29,454 nucleotides of DNA, from assembly GCA_048882325.1 (NCBI GenBank), contig JBHLRS010000015.1, positions 37,581 to 67,034 on the forward strand, written 5' to 3'. The DNA is from Candidatus Thorarchaeota archaeon (lineage in GTDB: Archaea > Asgardarchaeota > Thorarchaeia > Thorarchaeales > Thorarchaeaceae). Every line of letters starts with the position of its first letter. Position 1 is the first letter of the stretch. This document shows positions 26,851 through 29,454 of this stretch, piece by piece. Both the position numbers and the translations under genes were made by a program. Below the pieces are notes generated by a model, which saw only the letters and a list, made by a program, of their open reading frames with translations, searched no databases and had not been told where the DNA came from.

Positions 26851-26946
26851 GTATTGCCAAAGAATGAGGAATGGAAAGAGCACAAAAGAAGTCAGCTCCA
26901 TCCATCAGGAGATTGGTGTCTGTTCATTGATTACTGTTTGATGATG
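26851..26946. repeat. Copy B of the diverged ~95-bp direct repeat, with hairpin ATGGAAAGAGC-N13-GCTCCATCCAT (26871-26905)
   Basis: CAGCTCCATCCATCAG (26893-26908) matches CAGCTCCTTCCATCAG (23573-23588) at 15/16, with further colinear blocks either side. Confidence 0.65.
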
Positions 26947-26976
26947 CTCGAAAAATTCTTGAGGAAATTCCATAAT

Positions 26977-27468
26977 CTATAATGAAGTGATTACCCCCTT
27001 TGCCTTTTTACCAGACATATATTCAATTTCGATTTTTCCAATATTGACTCGCTTTAGTGAGCTCTCAGTGATTTGCTCTTTGATGACCTTGGTTGGATTT
27101 GGTTCTAAAGCGTGAATCATTACCTCAAGCGCATGCCTTTTCTCTTCTTTTTCTTTAAGGAAAATTACCCGTCCTCTAAACTCTGCTGTCGCATAAAGGT
27201 GATCACATGCTCCCTCTACATATCCTTCATCATCAAGTGCTTGTCCCCAAACAATGTTGTTCTTCTTGAGAATGTCAATCTTCTTCCCTTCTTGCGCGCA
27301 ATGGAAATAGATGCAATAATTCTCCTCATCAAATCCATGACTCAGAGTAGCTAGGTATGGCTCATCATTAACACTCATAGCAATAGTGATGTATTTTGCT
27401 TTCTTGATGATGGCTATGATCTCATCCTTGCTCTCGATGGCTTTTTCCTTCCTTCTAATACCTCTCAT
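26977..27468 (-). CDS. Pyridoxamine 5'-phosphate oxidase-like FMN-binding protein (NimA/Pyridox_ox_2-like)
   Basis: MR..RRKEK.I, PY...LS.G, IYFHCA.EGKKIDIL..N..V, C-terminal I..MSGK. Confidence 0.88.
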   Translation of the reverse strand: MRGIRRKEKAIESKDEIIAIIKKAKYITIAMSVNDEPYLATLSHGFDEENYCIYFHCAQEGKKIDILKKNNIVWGQALDDEGYVEGACDHLYATAEFRGRVIFLKEKEEKRHALEVMIHALEPNPTKVIKEQITESSLKRVNIGKIEIEYMSGKKAKGVITSL

Positions 27469-27549
27469 TATGGGTCAATCTGGAAACTGGAAACGGAGCG
27501 TTAAACATTTCGAGTAATCTTTTTGTGTATTGAGAACCAACCCGCCATC

Positions 27550-28497
27550 ATGGTCGGGATTCAGGATATCTATGATGCACACGAACGGATTCGAGACTAC
27601 GCATTATGGACCCCGGTCATGACCTCTTCTACAATCGATAAAATGACCGAGTGCCAAGTGTTTTTCAAGTGCGAGAACTTTCAACGCGTAGGTGCGTTCA
27701 AATTCAGAGGTGCACTCAACGCTGTTTCTCAGCTAACAGAGAAGGAACGAGCAAGAGGAGTTATTGCACACTCGTCAGGCAACCATGCACAAGCATTGGC
27801 ATTGGCTGCATCACTTAAGGGAGTTAAAGCTACTATAGTAATGCCCCAAAACTCGCCCAAAGTGAAGGTAGACGCGACACGGGGTTATGGGGCTGAAATT
27901 GTATTCTGTGAGAATTCTACGGAGAGCAGAGTTAAAGTAGCTAATGAATTGGTCGAGAAGCATAGCTACACTTTGATCCATCCGTATAACGATGAACGTA
28001 TAGTCGCTGGAGCTGGAACTGCAACTTTGGAACTCATTGAGGAAGTGGATGAGCTAGACTATGTCTTTGCACCCGTTGGTGGTGGAGGACTTCTCAGTGG
28101 TACATCCATCGCGACTAAGAGTCTCTGTCCAAAGGCGAAAGTCATTGCTGTAGAACCTGAGAAGGCAGATGATGCATTCCGCTCATTCAGGGATGGACGA
28201 ATCTATCCAAGTGTCTATCCCGATACTATTGCTGATGGACTCAGGACCCAGTTGGGAGAGATTACTTTTCAAATCATCAAGGAATACGTGGATTCCATTA
28301 TCACTGTATCCGAACAAGAGATAGTGGATGCAATGAAGCTACTATGGGAGAGGATGAAACTAGTAGTTGAGCCCTCTGGAGCCGTTTCGCTTGCTGGTCT
28401 CCTTAAAATGATGGATGATTTGAATGATGAACGCGTTGGTGTAATCATCAGCGGTGGAAATATAGACCTCTCAGAGTTCTTGTCAAAACTTCTATAA
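27550..28497 (+). CDS. Fold-type II PLP enzyme, serine racemase / threonine-serine dehydratase family (no ACT domain)
   Basis: FKCENFQRVGAFKFRGA (PLP Lys), HSSGNHAQ, PVGGGGLLSG, TIADGL, EPSGA, SGGN. ATG 27550 preferred over TTG 27523. Confidence 0.93.
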   Translation: MVGIQDIYDAHERIRDYALWTPVMTSSTIDKMTECQVFFKCENFQRVGAFKFRGALNAVSQLTEKERARGVIAHSSGNHAQALALAASLKGVKATIVMPQNSPKVKVDATRGYGAEIVFCENSTESRVKVANELVEKHSYTLIHPYNDERIVAGAGTATLELIEEVDELDYVFAPVGGGGLLSGTSIATKSLCPKAKVIAVEPEKADDAFRSFRDGRIYPSVYPDTIADGLRTQLGEITFQIIKEYVDSIITVSEQEIVDAMKLLWERMKLVVEPSGAVSLAGLLKMMDDLNDERVGVIISGGNIDLSEFLSKLL

Positions 28498-29454
28498 TCC
28501 GTTTTCATTATCGCGAGTTTTGGGAAGCCATACAACAAATTCAGCACCACTCTTTGGCTGACCCTTTACCCGGTTTCTCACGTCAATACGACCGCCATAT
28601 TTTTCGCAGATCTGCTTTGATTGATGTAACCCCACACCTCCGTAACGTCTCGACACATCAAATATCGCAGTTTTTAGCGAGCTTGATATGCCCTCTCCAT
28701 TATCACCAATAGCTATCTCATACCCCTCTCCCTTCTCTTTGAGGGATACCCAGACTATCCTTTCCTCGCGTGGATTGTGTTCAATGGCATTCTCAATTAG
28801 ATTGTCAAGTAATTGTTCTAAGAATTGGTCTGCATCAATGAATGCATTAAGTACATTCATTGTTACTTTGAATTTAACATCCCAATGTCGCTCTTGTTGA
28901 GCTTTGACTACTGACTCAAGGGTTGTACTTAGTTTTCTGATTCTCAAAGGTAGTGACATCAATGACTCCGTTACTTTTACCTTTGAAATCATACTTTGAC
29001 ATCTTTCAACAGATGATACAATTTGCCCAAGAAGACGACGTGCGTCAGGATCCTGAAGTTTCAGCTCCATGACCATCGTGCTTCCTAGGATAATCTGCAA
29101 CTGGTTTCGGAAATCATGAGCCATGAGGTCAATGAGATGCATTGCACGCTCTTTTTGCGTTTCAATGTGTTTCTCTGCTTCAATGCGGTCAGTCACATCC
29201 ATTGCTAAAACTTGCAGTGCTGAGGTGCCTTCATACTCAACAGGCGAGCCAAATAGTTCAAGCCACTGCATATCCCCATCTCTTTGAAATACTCTGATCA
29301 ACATTGGAATCTTATTTGGTGGCTCTCCTTCCATTAACTCCTGGAGTCGAGTGGTAATCATCTCCCAGTCATCTGGGTGAATCAAATTTTGAATATCTTT
29401 CGGAGAGAGTGCAAGAACCTCGTCAACTGTAATCTCAAGGAATTCAGCAAATGC
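28492..29454 (-). CDS. PAS-domain sensor histidine kinase, 3' part; starts beyond the window
   Basis: The frame stays open to the window edge (AFAEFLEITVDEVLALSPKDIQNLIHPDD). H-box MAHDFRN, N-box NLIENA, G1 DNGEGI, G2 GGVGL. Convergent 6-bp overlap with the PLP enzyme gene. Confidence 0.9.
   Translation of the reverse strand, partial: AFAEFLEITVDEVLALSPKDIQNLIHPDDWEMITTRLQELMEGEPPNKIPMLIRVFQRDGDMQWLELFGSPVEYEGTSALQVLAMDVTDRIEAEKHIETQKERAMHLIDLMAHDFRNQLQIILGSTMVMELKLQDPDARRLLGQIVSSVERCQSMISKVKVTESLMSLPLRIRKLSTTLESVVKAQQERHWDVKFKVTMNVLNAFIDADQFLEQLLDNLIENAIEHNPREERIVWVSLKEKGEGYEIAIGDNGEGISSSLKTAIFDVSRRYGGVGLHQSKQICEKYGGRIDVRNRVKGQPKSGAEFVVWLPKTRDNENGL

Noticed and set aside
26681-26982. Short ORFs 26681-26905 (-) and 26776-26982 (+)
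   Set aside because: No family motifs; they overlap each other and the non-coding repeat and palindrome elements.

Overview
Gene-dense archaeal-type chromosomal segment with about 27 CDS. No rRNA, tRNA, CRISPR array, integrase or transposase was seen. Several traits suggest an Asgard archaeon such as Thorarchaeota (inference, not verified): TATA-like boxes, GGAGGT/GAGGTGA ribosome-binding sites, several orphan histidine kinases, and a Thr-stalked, C-terminally anchored, sequon-rich surface protein. Content in order: truncated Ldh_2-family dehydrogenase (-); membrane-tethered ArsR-like regulator; ABC-2 exporter pair; membrane His kinase; DUF998-like protein; MFS transporter; a translationally coupled PadR-led redox operon (FixC-like flavoprotein, FixX-like ferredoxin, two VAO/PCMH-type FAD oxidoreductases flanking a CCG/Fe-S subunit, CrtC/AttH-like protein); SplB-like radical SAM with a PolX-like C-terminal helical domain; PAS-PAS pseudo-histidine kinase fused to a CxxC thioredoxin-like domain; TrmO; MscS; unknown membrane protein; orphan EutA; YciI-like protein; nitroreductase; ACT protein; a 14-LVIVD-repeat surface protein bracketed by a diverged ~95-bp hairpin-containing direct repeat; PNPOx/NimA-like protein; serine-racemase-like PLP enzyme; and a truncated PAS His kinase. 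The best candidates for an undescribed system are the pseudokinase-thioredoxin fusion, the PadR redox operon and the repeat-flanked surface-protein cassette. All family calls come from motif recognition by eye; no database search was run.
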